Shown: one piece after another, positions 9,498 to 18,387 of the stretch
Numbering within the stretch: the stretch's first letter is position 1
Layout: each line of letters begins with the position of its first letter
Origin: an uncultured Caldithrix sp.
GTDB taxonomy: Bacteria; Calditrichota; Calditrichia; RBG-13-44-9
DNA length: 64,000 nucleotides
Reading direction: 5' to 3'
Assembly: GCA_964461135.1 (NCBI GenBank)
Contig: CAYWTB010000004.1
Span: 53,385 to 117,384 of the forward strand
Translations under genes and position numbers: made by a program
Notes under the pieces: model-generated
Told to the model about the DNA's origin: nothing
Seen by the model: only the letters and a program-made list of their open reading frames with translations
Database searches by the model: none

Positions 9498-10025
9498 ATT
9501 AAATCTGTCCTAATTAATAAAAACGGTTATACTGCCATTGAGTTAATGATCGCTTTACAGCTTTCCTTACTGCTGATAAGCATGGTTTATTTGAGCTATC
9601 TGTTTGCATCCTCGCTTATGATAAAATGGCAAAGGAAAGTTGAAATCGAAAATCAACTGTCGGTCATATCAAGAGACATGTCGGTTAAAATTAATTCCAT
9701 CCGTGAATTATTAAACGCAGGGCCCCATGATATTACGGCAATAAATAATAGCGGGGATACACTGAATATCTCCCTGCATCCCGTCTTAAAATTAAACAGA
9801 CATACATTTGGAAATGAAAACATTAAATATAAGGAGGGGAACTTCCGCTATTATATTAAAAGTCAATCTGATGGCAATGATATTACCATAACGGAAGGTC
9901 CGAATTTAACTCATAAATACCTCGCTATCGGTGTGGAATTCAATTTAAAATTTATCATATTCAACAGGATGTATCAGCTGAAATCTACCGTTTATCTTCA
10001 AATGCTAAATAATATTTCCTTCTAA
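9498..10025 (+). CDS. Type IV pilin-like minor pseudopilin (GspJ/PilW-like). Probable non-AUG start (AUU at 9498 or 9513); the ATG-only ORF is 9546..10025.
   Basis: In frame upstream of the ATG at 9546, and with no ATG/GTG/TTG in between, the sequence encodes (I)KSVLINKNG|YTAIELMIALQLSLLLISMVYL. This is a complete prepilin leader plus the G/YTAIE motif. An AAAGGA lies 9 nt before the ATT at 9498. Confidence 0.55.
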   Translation: MKSVLINKNGYTAIELMIALQLSLLLISMVYLSYLFASSLMIKWQRKVEIENQLSVISRDMSVKINSIRELLNAGPHDITAINNSGDTLNISLHPVLKLNRHTFGNENIKYKEGNFRYYIKSQSDGNDITITEGPNLTHKYLAIGVEFNLKFIIFNRMYQLKSTVYLQMLNNISF

Positions 10026-10044
10026 ATTTACCGTTACCATATTT

Positions 10045-10180
10045 CAGGAAGGCACATTAATGGGTGAAGGGGCAGAGTATCGAAGATGAAGGATTAAAGA
10101 TGAAGGAAATAAACATTTGACAGTTGAGCGAGAGGGTAAAGGATAAACGGTAAAGGGAGAAAAGGGAACGGATTACATAT
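10045..10180. repeat. GA-rich intergenic repeat (gaagatgaaggattaaagatgaagg ... gggtaaaggataaacggtaaagggagaaaaggg). Member of a dispersed mosaic repeat family.
   Basis: Similar to 32881..33060 (gggtaaagggaatagggtaaaggacaaagagg ... gatcaaagatcgaagatta), 29760..29810 and 61130..61200. Confidence 0.3.
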
Positions 10181-10483
10181 CCAGTGTGTGAGATTTTTTT
10201 GTGTAATTTGTATTTTGGATTTTATCTCCCCGGATTCATAAAACATGAAACCCTTTTTTTATTGCACCTTGAATCTCCGGTCCAGCTCCCTAAACCCCGG
10301 ATCCTTTTTAAATTGCCGGAACGATTCTCACTTCATATCATGGAACCAGCATCTTCAGGACGGGTCACAAATACCTGAATTCTGAAAACCTACTTCCTGC
10401 TTTCAGCTTTCAGCTATTAACTTTCCGGATACCTGTTTTGCTGCCACCTGGATCCAGGAGGCTGAGCAATGGATGCCAACTCA

Positions 10484-10726
10484 TTACATTTTTTTAAACA
10501 ATCCGATAAGCCACAATAAGACTATCGCACCGACCGTTGCGGTAATCACGGACCCGATGAATCCGTAGGCAGTGACTCCCACCAGATCAAACAAAAACCC
10601 GCCAATAAAGGCACCAATCCAACCCACAACAATATTTCCAAGCAGGCCGAACCCCCTGCCCTTCATGATTTTACCCGCCAGCCAGCCGGCAAGGAGGCCG
10701 ATGATTAAAAAGGCAATAATGTGCAT
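10484..10726 (-). CDS. GlsB/YeaQ/YmgE family small membrane stress protein (transglycosylase-associated protein family).
   Basis: 80 aa, fully hydrophobic, with the GWLAGKIMKGRGFGLLGNIVVGWIGAFIGGFLF signature. Confidence 0.8.
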   Translation of the reverse strand: MHIIAFLIIGLLAGWLAGKIMKGRGFGLLGNIVVGWIGAFIGGFLFDLVGVTAYGFIGSVITATVGAIVLLWLIGLFKKM

Positions 10727-10803
10727 GAAATCCCTCCGGAGTAAGTGTTTTGTAACAAGTTTTATCAGTAGTTTTTAAAAATGGGATATTCCCGGTCCGG
10801 GTT

Positions 10804-12012
10804 TCAGGGAAGTATCAGGCGCACCCAGTCCACCTTGCGGCGGGTTGCACGTGTTATTACAAATTTAACGCCGTTATATTCAAAGCTCTCGTCCCGCTTG
10901 GGAATATGTCCGAGATAGTTTAGAATGAAACCGGCCAGGGTGTCATATTCTCCTTCCGGAATTGAGATTCCGGTCTCTTCATTCAGTTGCTCAAGCTCGA
11001 TCCGGGCACTTACACTGAAAATCCGATCCTCAATTTTACGGACGTGGATTTCAGTGGCATCATATTCATCAATTATTTCCCCCACCAACTCTTCAATGAT
11101 ATCTTCCGTGGTTACCAGTCCGGCTGTACCTCCATACTCATCAATTATGATGGCAATTGAGGTATTTTTCTGCCGGAAATTACGCATCAGTGACAGGCTT
11201 CGCTTGGTTTCGGGCACGAAAAGTACCTCCCGAATGATGTCCTGAATGGAATTGGGTTGAAGGAAAAGGTCTTTCAGAAATACCACCCCTATAATATCAT
11301 CCAGATTGTCCCGATACACCGGAATTTTGGTAAATCCCGATTTCTGAAATATCGTCGCCAATTTTTCGATGGAAGCATCCTGCTCAACAGCAATGATTTC
11401 AGTTCGGGGTATCATGGCATCTCTGACATGTAGCTGCCGTAAATCAAGCAACCGGGTTATAATCAGATTTTCCCGTTCATCCAGACTGACATAGTTCTGG
11501 CTTTCCTTAATGAGAACTTCCACATCTCTTTTGGAAAAAAAATCGGTGATTTCAGTGGATGGATAATTAAACAGTTTCAGGATTAGTCCGCTCAGGAAAC
11601 TAACAATCCAGATAATGGGCCGAAACAGATAATAGAAAAATTTCAAAAGGTAAGCCACTTTACGGATAATCCAGTCTGCCAGGCTGCGAAACAGGGTCTT
11701 TGGAATAATTTCACCAAACAGGATGGTAATGCCGGTGATAAGCAGCCAGGTAAGTTTTTCATCCATGTAACGGTGGAGATAGAGAGTTGCATAAGAAGCG
11801 AATGCTACATTAGCCAGGTTATTCCCAACCAGAGTAGTATAAATGAAATTTTCCGGTTTTCTGAGGAATTCAGCAATAATTTCAGCTGTTCTGTTTTTCT
11901 GCCGGCGCCACAGCTCAATGCGGACACGGTTTACGGAAATAAAGGCGGTTTCCGTACCGGAAAAATAAAACGTCATCAGCAGTGTCACCAAAATGATAAT
12001 CAGTTCATACAA
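10804..12012 (-). CDS. Hemolysin-family CorC/HlyC/TlyC protein: CNNM (DUF21) transmembrane domain, a CBS pair and a CorC_HlyC domain.
   Basis: 402 aa. The N-terminal TM region contains GTETAFISVNR. The C-terminal EYGGTAGLVTTEDIIEELVGEI region is typical of the family. Confidence 0.85.
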   Translation of the reverse strand: MYELIIILVTLLMTFYFSGTETAFISVNRVRIELWRRQKNRTAEIIAEFLRKPENFIYTTLVGNNLANVAFASYATLYLHRYMDEKLTWLLITGITILFGEIIPKTLFRSLADWIIRKVAYLLKFFYYLFRPIIWIVSFLSGLILKLFNYPSTEITDFFSKRDVEVLIKESQNYVSLDERENLIITRLLDLRQLHVRDAMIPRTEIIAVEQDASIEKLATIFQKSGFTKIPVYRDNLDDIIGVVFLKDLFLQPNSIQDIIREVLFVPETKRSLSLMRNFRQKNTSIAIIIDEYGGTAGLVTTEDIIEELVGEIIDEYDATEIHVRKIEDRIFSVSARIELEQLNEETGISIPEGEYDTLAGFILNYLGHIPKRDESFEYNGVKFVITRATRRKVDWVRLILP

Positions 12013-12165
12013 GACGGTATATCCTCATTTCCTGCTTCACTATTTCAACAGTCGTATAAAATACTAACATTTACGGTTTCGGGCCAAGTACAAAATTTTG
12101 CTTTTTTAATGTTTAAGTGAATATTTTTATTATATTATCAAATTATATCAGAAAAGGGTCGTTTA

Positions 12166-14460
12166 ATGCAACATTTTTTAAAAAAGCCACCTGTTATTTT
12201 GATTCTCCTTGCATGTATCACCGTCCAGGGATATTCGGCAACTATAAAATCGGCCAAAATACAGGGATTCCACCAGGCTGAGATTGTACTGGACGATTCC
12301 ATTGCAGCAGAAAACCTGGCCGGCTGGCATACGGATCCACCTCTGCCAATTGAACATATCAGCAAAAATCAGTTCAAATTCACAATACATACCGGTGAAC
12401 CATTCGCACTGGAGAAACATTATTATCTGATTGATGAACAGGGGCGGAGGCTATTTCTGATTCCGGATGGTATTCTTGATTCACTTTATTCGGATAAACC
12501 CCTGGGTTATGAGCTCCATACGGAAAGTACCACCTTTCGGGTTTTTGCACCCCGTGCCCGCTGGGTCCGTCTGGTACTTTACAACAGCTACCAGGACACA
12601 GACGGGCAGGAATATCGGATGGAGAGGGACCTTGACGGGGTATGGGAATTCAGTATAGAAGAAAATCTTTCCGGCAGGTATTACGGTTACCGGGTATGGG
12701 GTCCGCCGGGAGATGGAGAAATGTTTGATTCCACCGTGGTGGCGGCGGATCCTTACAGCCCTGCAACCGCCAGCCAGAATTACTACACACACCCAGCAAA
12801 AACCGTTATCATGTCAGGGAACTATTTTCTACAGGAAGATGACAGCTGGCAACATATCCCCGTGCAGGATTTAATTATTTATGAAATGCATATCCGCGAT
12901 CTCACCGCTCACCCTTCCTCCGGGCTGGCAGAGGGTGAAAGAGGCAGCTACATCAGTCTGCTGAAAACCCGGCAGCGGGGAGGCCTTCCTTATATTACAT
13001 CCCTGGGTGTCAATGCCGTTGAACTACTTCCCAGCCAGGATTTCGGCAATATCGAGGTCCCTTACCGCGATGCAGCTGCTCCGGTCTTTAACACCTGGAA
13101 TCCCTATGCCCGTAACCACTGGGGATATATGACCAGCTACTTTTTTGCCCCCGAATCTTATTATGAGAGTGGTGGAACCATGCAGGAGGGACAATATAAT
13201 GGAATGGACGGAAGGCAGATGCGTGAGTTCGAACAGATGGTGGAAGCATTTCACGACAACGGAATGGCGGTATTAATGGACGTGGTGTATAATCACGTCT
13301 CGCAGTACGATTATAATCCATTCAAATATATAGATAAATTCTACTATTTTCGGCTGAATGACGATTGTTCCTTTACTTCCACCAGCGGGTGCGGAAACGA
13401 TTTCAAAACGGAACGTCCCATGGCCCGGCGGTTAATCGTGGAAAGTGTTCTTTATTGGATGAAAAAATATCACATCGATGGATTCCGCTTCGATCTGGCC
13501 CTGTTACTGGACTGGAAGACCATTGACCGAATACGGCAGGAAGCCAGAAAAGTGAATCCGGAGGTCGTATTGATTGCCGAACCCTGGGGAGGTGGATACG
13601 ATCCCAGCGGCTTTTCCGACCATGATTGGGCATCCTGGAACGATCAGTTTCGAAACGGGGTGAAAGGACAAAATCCGCATGACGGGCTGGGTTTCATCTT
13701 TGGGAAATGGCGGGGTAATAACAATTATGAATCTATGCAGCGTTATGTCATGGGATCTCTCCGGATTTTTGGAGGACAGTACCTTTCCAGCATCCATTCT
13801 GTTAATTATCTGGCATCGCATGATGATTACACACTGGGGGATTTCATCCGGATTGGTCTGGGCGATGTTAAAAAAGATGATGTGATTACCAATCCTGACG
13901 CTCATGCTCTGCTCTCTGCCAAACAGATAAAAATTAATAAACTCGCCGTTCTCTTCCTGCTGACCACACAGGGACCGGTTATGATTCATGAGGGACAGGA
14001 ATTTGCGCGCTCCAAGGTAATAGCCCCCACTGAGGCACCGGATCCGGATGTCGGCAAAATTGACCATAACAGTTACAATAAGGATAATGAAACCAACTGG
14101 CTCAATTTTAAACATGCTGCTCTGAATGCAGACCTGTTGCATTATTACCGTGGCCTCATACGCATGCGCCTGAATCATCCGGCATTCCGATCTTCACCAC
14201 CGGAGAATTTCAAATTCTTTCCGGTTCGGGATTCGCTCTTTCTTACCTATGAAATAAATCATGAATCCGGACAATATCTGGTGTTTCTGAATGGCAACCC
14301 TGATCTTTCTCATAGCTTTACCCTGCCGGAAGGTCGATGGGGGATCCTGGCAGATCAGTCACAGGCTTCAGAAAAGCCTTTCGAATGGATCAGCCAGGGA
14401 GAAATTTCTATTCCACCCACTTCCGGGAAGGTCCTGGTTAGGGCGGTTAATCCCCGCTAA
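12166..14460 (+). CDS. Secreted GH13 alpha-glucan debranching enzyme (pullulanase-type).
   Basis: The signal peptide is MQHFLKKPPVILILLACITVQGYSA. GH13 conserved regions are present: AVLMDVVYNHV, GFRFDLA, EPWGG and YLASHDD. Confidence 0.8.
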   Translation: MQHFLKKPPVILILLACITVQGYSATIKSAKIQGFHQAEIVLDDSIAAENLAGWHTDPPLPIEHISKNQFKFTIHTGEPFALEKHYYLIDEQGRRLFLIPDGILDSLYSDKPLGYELHTESTTFRVFAPRARWVRLVLYNSYQDTDGQEYRMERDLDGVWEFSIEENLSGRYYGYRVWGPPGDGEMFDSTVVAADPYSPATASQNYYTHPAKTVIMSGNYFLQEDDSWQHIPVQDLIIYEMHIRDLTAHPSSGLAEGERGSYISLLKTRQRGGLPYITSLGVNAVELLPSQDFGNIEVPYRDAAAPVFNTWNPYARNHWGYMTSYFFAPESYYESGGTMQEGQYNGMDGRQMREFEQMVEAFHDNGMAVLMDVVYNHVSQYDYNPFKYIDKFYYFRLNDDCSFTSTSGCGNDFKTERPMARRLIVESVLYWMKKYHIDGFRFDLALLLDWKTIDRIRQEARKVNPEVVLIAEPWGGGYDPSGFSDHDWASWNDQFRNGVKGQNPHDGLGFIFGKWRGNNNYESMQRYVMGSLRIFGGQYLSSIHSVNYLASHDDYTLGDFIRIGLGDVKKDDVITNPDAHALLSAKQIKINKLAVLFLLTTQGPVMIHEGQEFARSKVIAPTEAPDPDVGKIDHNSYNKDNETNWLNFKHAALNADLLHYYRGLIRMRLNHPAFRSSPPENFKFFPVRDSLFLTYEINHESGQYLVFLNGNPDLSHSFTLPEGRWGILADQSQASEKPFEWISQGEISIPPTSGKVLVRAVNPR

Positions 14461-14629
14461 GTCAATTATTTTTAATGAAGGCCCTGGCAAAATGGGGACA
14501 AACACAGAGATTCTTTTCAGATGTTATATTTTGTAAATGGCCTACCGGATTCGCAGACATTTTATCAACTCGGTGAATCCTTCAACCTTTTCCTTCAAAT
14601 AAAAGTAACTGTTTACAGAATGAGAATAC

Positions 14630-14662
14630 AAAAAGGAAGGTATTGGACCTTCTGGTTTTTAT
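14630..14662 (+). terminator. Rho-independent terminator-like hairpin (gaaggt attgg accttc followed by TGGTTTTTATTT).
   Basis: Stem, loop and T-tract read from the sequence. It lies about 170 bp downstream of the pullulanase stop. Confidence 0.4.
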
Positions 14663-14831
14663 TTCAATATTCTGAGCCAGGTACATAATCATAGTGGGTT
14701 GTCTAGAATCTCGCGGCCAGCCCAATTCTACCTCCGCATATTTTTTAAGGAATTCTGTTTTGCGTGAGGGATTCACGGCCTTATTTTAATGACTTTAAAA
14801 TACCATCATTCAGAAACACAAAAGGGACATC

Positions 14832-16994
14832 ATGGAAAAACCGAATTCAGAGAAAAAAGGTGTAGGCAGTTTCCCTGCCATATTCTGGCTGGTGATCATT
14901 TTCGAGTTTTTTGAACGGGGATCTTATTATGGCATGATGAGCATTCTATCCGTATATCTTACCGAAAATCTGCACTTTGCCAAGGAGAGCGTAGGGATTA
15001 TTAAAGGTACCATTCAACCCCTGCTCTATTTTCTTCCCATAATCAGCGGTGCCCTGGCAGACCGTTTCGGGTACCGGAAAATGCTGATGATTGCTTTTTC
15101 CCTGCTGGGATTAGGATATTTTCTTACGGCACAGGCCACCAGTTACGCCCTGGTTTTCGGTGCCCTGGTAGTAATGGGCTTTGGAGCGGGAACCTTTAAA
15201 CCGATTATTTCCGGTTCCATCGCCAAAGTAACCGATGAAAAAAACAGTACACTTGGATTCGGAGTGTATTACTGGTCCATCAATCTGGGGGCTTTTCTGT
15301 TTCCCCTGATACTGGTTCCGATCCTGAAAAAAATGGACTGGACCTATGTAATTCTCGCCTCTGCCATCGGTACCGCCAGCATGCTGATACCCACCATCTT
15401 TTTTTATAAAGATCCGGTAAAACGGGAGAAGAAAACACAGGAAAGACAATTCAACATTATACAGACCCTGGCCAATGCGTTCGAAATAATCTACAGCCCG
15501 GTGGTATTGATTTACAATTCCATGAAAAAATCTGCAGCACGGAGAACCATCATTATTATGGTTCTGGCCATTCTTTTTCTTTACGCGATATACAGCTACC
15601 TCCAGGCTCCGGTGGCCAGCGAAAAATTTTCCACTGTGGGTGTTTTAAAGAATACCACCACCCTCATTTTCAAAGTGGACCGGAACATGCTGGCCCCGGA
15701 AGAATTTCGAATCAGGGTTCTCAATGCCGATTCATCCCGGGTGGCTCTCACAATTTATAAGCCACGCCAACTGGATCAGTTTGCACCGGTTCTTCATGAT
15801 TCATTGAAGGCATTTCCGGACCTGGCATTTCTCAATGAAAATGATATCAGGGACTTGATGAACCGTTCGGACCGCAAGGTGGAGTTATTATTTGTTCCGG
15901 GCAGCGGTAATGAGAAAAACTTCGAAATAAAACAAACCGGACCGGATCAGTTTCAGGTTGTTCTGAACAAACCGGAATCTTTTCAGAATTATCGATCAGA
16001 GGTATATATGAGCCTGGAACAATATCCGGTTCTGAGAGGACTGACTCCTGAAGACATCCAGAAACTTTACGCCGCCAGCAGAGGCAGATCTTTTTTCTTT
16101 CTGTATGTCATCGGGCTCATTATCGTGGCTCTGCTGGTGACCGCATACAGCCGCAGGAAGAACGGGAATGCCAAATCGTCAGACACTCGACCCTCCTACA
16201 AAATACCCTTTTTTATTGTCACGGCAGCCGGGCTGATTCTGTGGTTTCTGCCGGGATTAACGATTCTGGGACGGATTATTTCCTATGTGATATTTTTTAC
16301 CGTGACTTCTCTTTTTATTATTGATAAATCCGAACCGGCAAAATTCAGGGATCATGCCAAATTTCTGCTTATGATTTTCCTGTATTCGGGTTTCTGGATT
16401 CTGTATTTCCAGATGTTCGATTCAGTCCTGTGGTATGTTCAGGCCTATGTGAATGCAACTTCCCTTAATAATGCAGTAAATAGTTTTTTGGGAACGTTTG
16501 GTATTCATATCCAGTGGTTCTTTGATGTGGAACATGTAACCGTTATTAACGCCGGCACTATCATTCTGCTGCAGCTGCTCATTTCCAATATTGTAAAGCA
16601 CAGAAAGGCACTCCCGACAATGATTTCAGGTATCGGAATCGCCACCATCGGAATGGCCATTCTTGCTGTTTCCACCGATATATGGATCTTTGTGACGGGA
16701 ATTATTTTATTTTCTATCGGTGAAATGACGGCTCATCCTAAATTTATCAGTTATGTGGGTCTCATTGCCCCCTCCGATAAAAAGGCCATGTACATGGGTT
16801 ATCTGTTTCTTTATGGAGTATTCGGCAGTTCTATAGGGGGTATCATGGGAGCCAGGCTGTATGTTCATTTTGTGGATAATCTGAATCAGCCAAAGACGCT
16901 TTGGCTTATTTTCAGCGGTATCGGGGTGGCCACCATTCTGGCCTTGCTGATCTATAACAGGTTCCTGGCACCAGACAGTGAGACAAAAAACTGA
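14832..16994 (+). CDS. POT/PTR2 family proton-dependent oligopeptide transporter (MFS) with a ~170-aa soluble insert between the two transmembrane halves.
   Basis: POT signatures FEFFERGSYYGM and GALADRFGYRK are present. At 720 aa it is longer than typical bacterial POTs. A hydrophilic segment at roughly aa 260-430 sits between hydrophobic helices. Confidence 0.8.
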   Translation: MEKPNSEKKGVGSFPAIFWLVIIFEFFERGSYYGMMSILSVYLTENLHFAKESVGIIKGTIQPLLYFLPIISGALADRFGYRKMLMIAFSLLGLGYFLTAQATSYALVFGALVVMGFGAGTFKPIISGSIAKVTDEKNSTLGFGVYYWSINLGAFLFPLILVPILKKMDWTYVILASAIGTASMLIPTIFFYKDPVKREKKTQERQFNIIQTLANAFEIIYSPVVLIYNSMKKSAARRTIIIMVLAILFLYAIYSYLQAPVASEKFSTVGVLKNTTTLIFKVDRNMLAPEEFRIRVLNADSSRVALTIYKPRQLDQFAPVLHDSLKAFPDLAFLNENDIRDLMNRSDRKVELLFVPGSGNEKNFEIKQTGPDQFQVVLNKPESFQNYRSEVYMSLEQYPVLRGLTPEDIQKLYAASRGRSFFFLYVIGLIIVALLVTAYSRRKNGNAKSSDTRPSYKIPFFIVTAAGLILWFLPGLTILGRIISYVIFFTVTSLFIIDKSEPAKFRDHAKFLLMIFLYSGFWILYFQMFDSVLWYVQAYVNATSLNNAVNSFLGTFGIHIQWFFDVEHVTVINAGTIILLQLLISNIVKHRKALPTMISGIGIATIGMAILAVSTDIWIFVTGIILFSIGEMTAHPKFISYVGLIAPSDKKAMYMGYLFLYGVFGSSIGGIMGARLYVHFVDNLNQPKTLWLIFSGIGVATILALLIYNRFLAPDSETKN

Positions 16995-17026
16995 TACAAC
17001 CCGGCAGACAGACATTAAAAAGCCCC

Positions 17027-17064
17027 GGATAACCATCAGCGGGGCTTAATCTTTACACAGGTTT
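17027..17064. terminator. Bidirectional rho-independent terminator between convergent genes (POT transporter and methionine gamma-lyase family gene).
   Basis: aaaaAGCCCCGgataaccatcagCGGGGCTtaatcttt: a GC stem flanked by an A-run on one side and a T-rich run on the other. Confidence 0.5.
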
Positions 17065-17077
17065 CTGCAGGTATTTG

Positions 17078-18250
17078 TTAAATCTTATTTAACACACCGT
17101 CCAGGTCATCGATAAGATCCTGTACATGTTCAACCCCAACTGACAACCTTACCAGTCCCGGCGTAATGTGAGCTTCCTTCAGTGCATCTTTACTCATTCC
17201 GGCGTGGGTCATGGAGGCGGGATGCTGAATAAGCGTGTCACAGTCTCCCAGACTCACCGCCAGAGTACACAACGCCACATGATCCATCAGGTATTTTCCG
17301 GCATCAAAGCCGCCTTTCAATTCAAAAGATATGATTCCTCCCCCGCCGCTTTGCTGCCTCCTGGCCAGTTCGAATTGAGGATGGGATTCCAGAAACGGAT
17401 AATAAACTCTTCCAACGGTCGGATGCTTCTCCAGCCACCGGGCAATAGTCAGCGCATTTTCCTGACTTTTTTCCACCCGCAGTGCCATGGTCTTTAATCC
17501 CCTCAGCAGCAGCCAGGCGTTAAAAGGGGACATTGTCCAGCCATAATGAGTTGAAATTTTAAAGGCGCGTTTAATAAAATCCCGCTCACCGACCACAATA
17601 CCAGCCACCACATCTCCATGTCCGCTGATATATTTGGTGGCAGAGTGCAGAACAATGTCGGCACCAAAATCCCTGGGACGCTGATATAAGGGAGTCAAAA
17701 ATGTGTTATCCACACAGACCAGTGCATTACCGGTATGCGCGATATCTACCACAGCGGCAATATCGATGAGTTTAAGGGTAGGATTGGCCGGGGTTTCAAT
17801 GAGGATAAGGGTGGTATTCTTCCGCATGGCCTCTTCCACTTTCTCAAGGCTGGAAGCATCTACCCGGCTCACCTCTATGCCGATATTTTTGATCTCATCT
17901 TCCAGAAGATAATGAGTTCCGCCGTACACCGTATCATCCACAATAATGTGATCACCGGCTCTGGCGGTGGCAAAGACCACGTTGGCTACGGCCGCCATGC
18001 CTGAGCTGGTGGTCATTCCTGCCTCATAACCTTCCAGAAGTGCCATTTTTTTACCCAGTACATCCGCATTAGGATTCCCGAGGCGGGAATAGATATAACC
18101 CGGTTCCTGGCCTTTGAAACGACGGGCACCCTGTTCGGAATTTTTAAACACAAAGGTGGAGGTCTGGTAAATTGGCATGGACAACGCACCAGTATGCGGA
18201 TCCGACTGCTCTACTCCATGGACAATCTCGGTCTCCATGCGGTATTTCAT
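17078..18250 (-). CDS. PLP-dependent Cys/Met-metabolism enzyme (methionine gamma-lyase or cystathionine gamma-synthase family).
   Basis: 390 aa. N-terminal ETEIVHGV...PIYQTSTFVF and the YSRLGNPN motif are present. SATKYISGHGD contains the PLP-binding lysine. Confidence 0.8.
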   Translation of the reverse strand: MKYRMETEIVHGVEQSDPHTGALSMPIYQTSTFVFKNSEQGARRFKGQEPGYIYSRLGNPNADVLGKKMALLEGYEAGMTTSSGMAAVANVVFATARAGDHIIVDDTVYGGTHYLLEDEIKNIGIEVSRVDASSLEKVEEAMRKNTTLILIETPANPTLKLIDIAAVVDIAHTGNALVCVDNTFLTPLYQRPRDFGADIVLHSATKYISGHGDVVAGIVVGERDFIKRAFKISTHYGWTMSPFNAWLLLRGLKTMALRVEKSQENALTIARWLEKHPTVGRVYYPFLESHPQFELARRQQSGGGGIISFELKGGFDAGKYLMDHVALCTLAVSLGDCDTLIQHPASMTHAGMSKDALKEAHITPGLVRLSVGVEHVQDLIDDLDGVLNKI

Positions 18251-18387
18251 GGTTTGCTCCCTTCTGAAAATCGCTGTTTATCTTGTCATCATAATTTATA
18301 CAGGAAAATATAGGGGAGGCGGGCCGATATTTCCAGCCAATATATTTTTTGGAAATGCCGGTATTTGCTGAAAAAAAGTGAGGTAAA

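Noticed and set aside
10184-10378. 64-aa ORF in the 10.0-10.5 kb intergenic region.
   Set aside because: It sits inside the GA-rich mosaic repeat, has no ribosome-binding site, and has low-complexity composition.
13504-14178. 224-aa minus-strand ORF inside the GH13 gene. Similar long antisense ORFs occur at 49325..50293, 30278..31030, 60278..60901, 47060..47605, 56594..57148, 59187..59696 and 4951..5439.
   Set aside because: They lie entirely within strongly supported genes on the opposite strand. They have no motifs and show unusual composition. They are shadow ORFs of the real coding frame.
18300-18345. Hairpin ATTTCCA...TGGAAAT downstream of paralog 1, considered as a terminator.
   Set aside because: On the transcribed (minus) strand the stem is followed by AUCGGCCCGCC, which is not U-rich, and the loop is long. 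It is not a credible intrinsic terminator.
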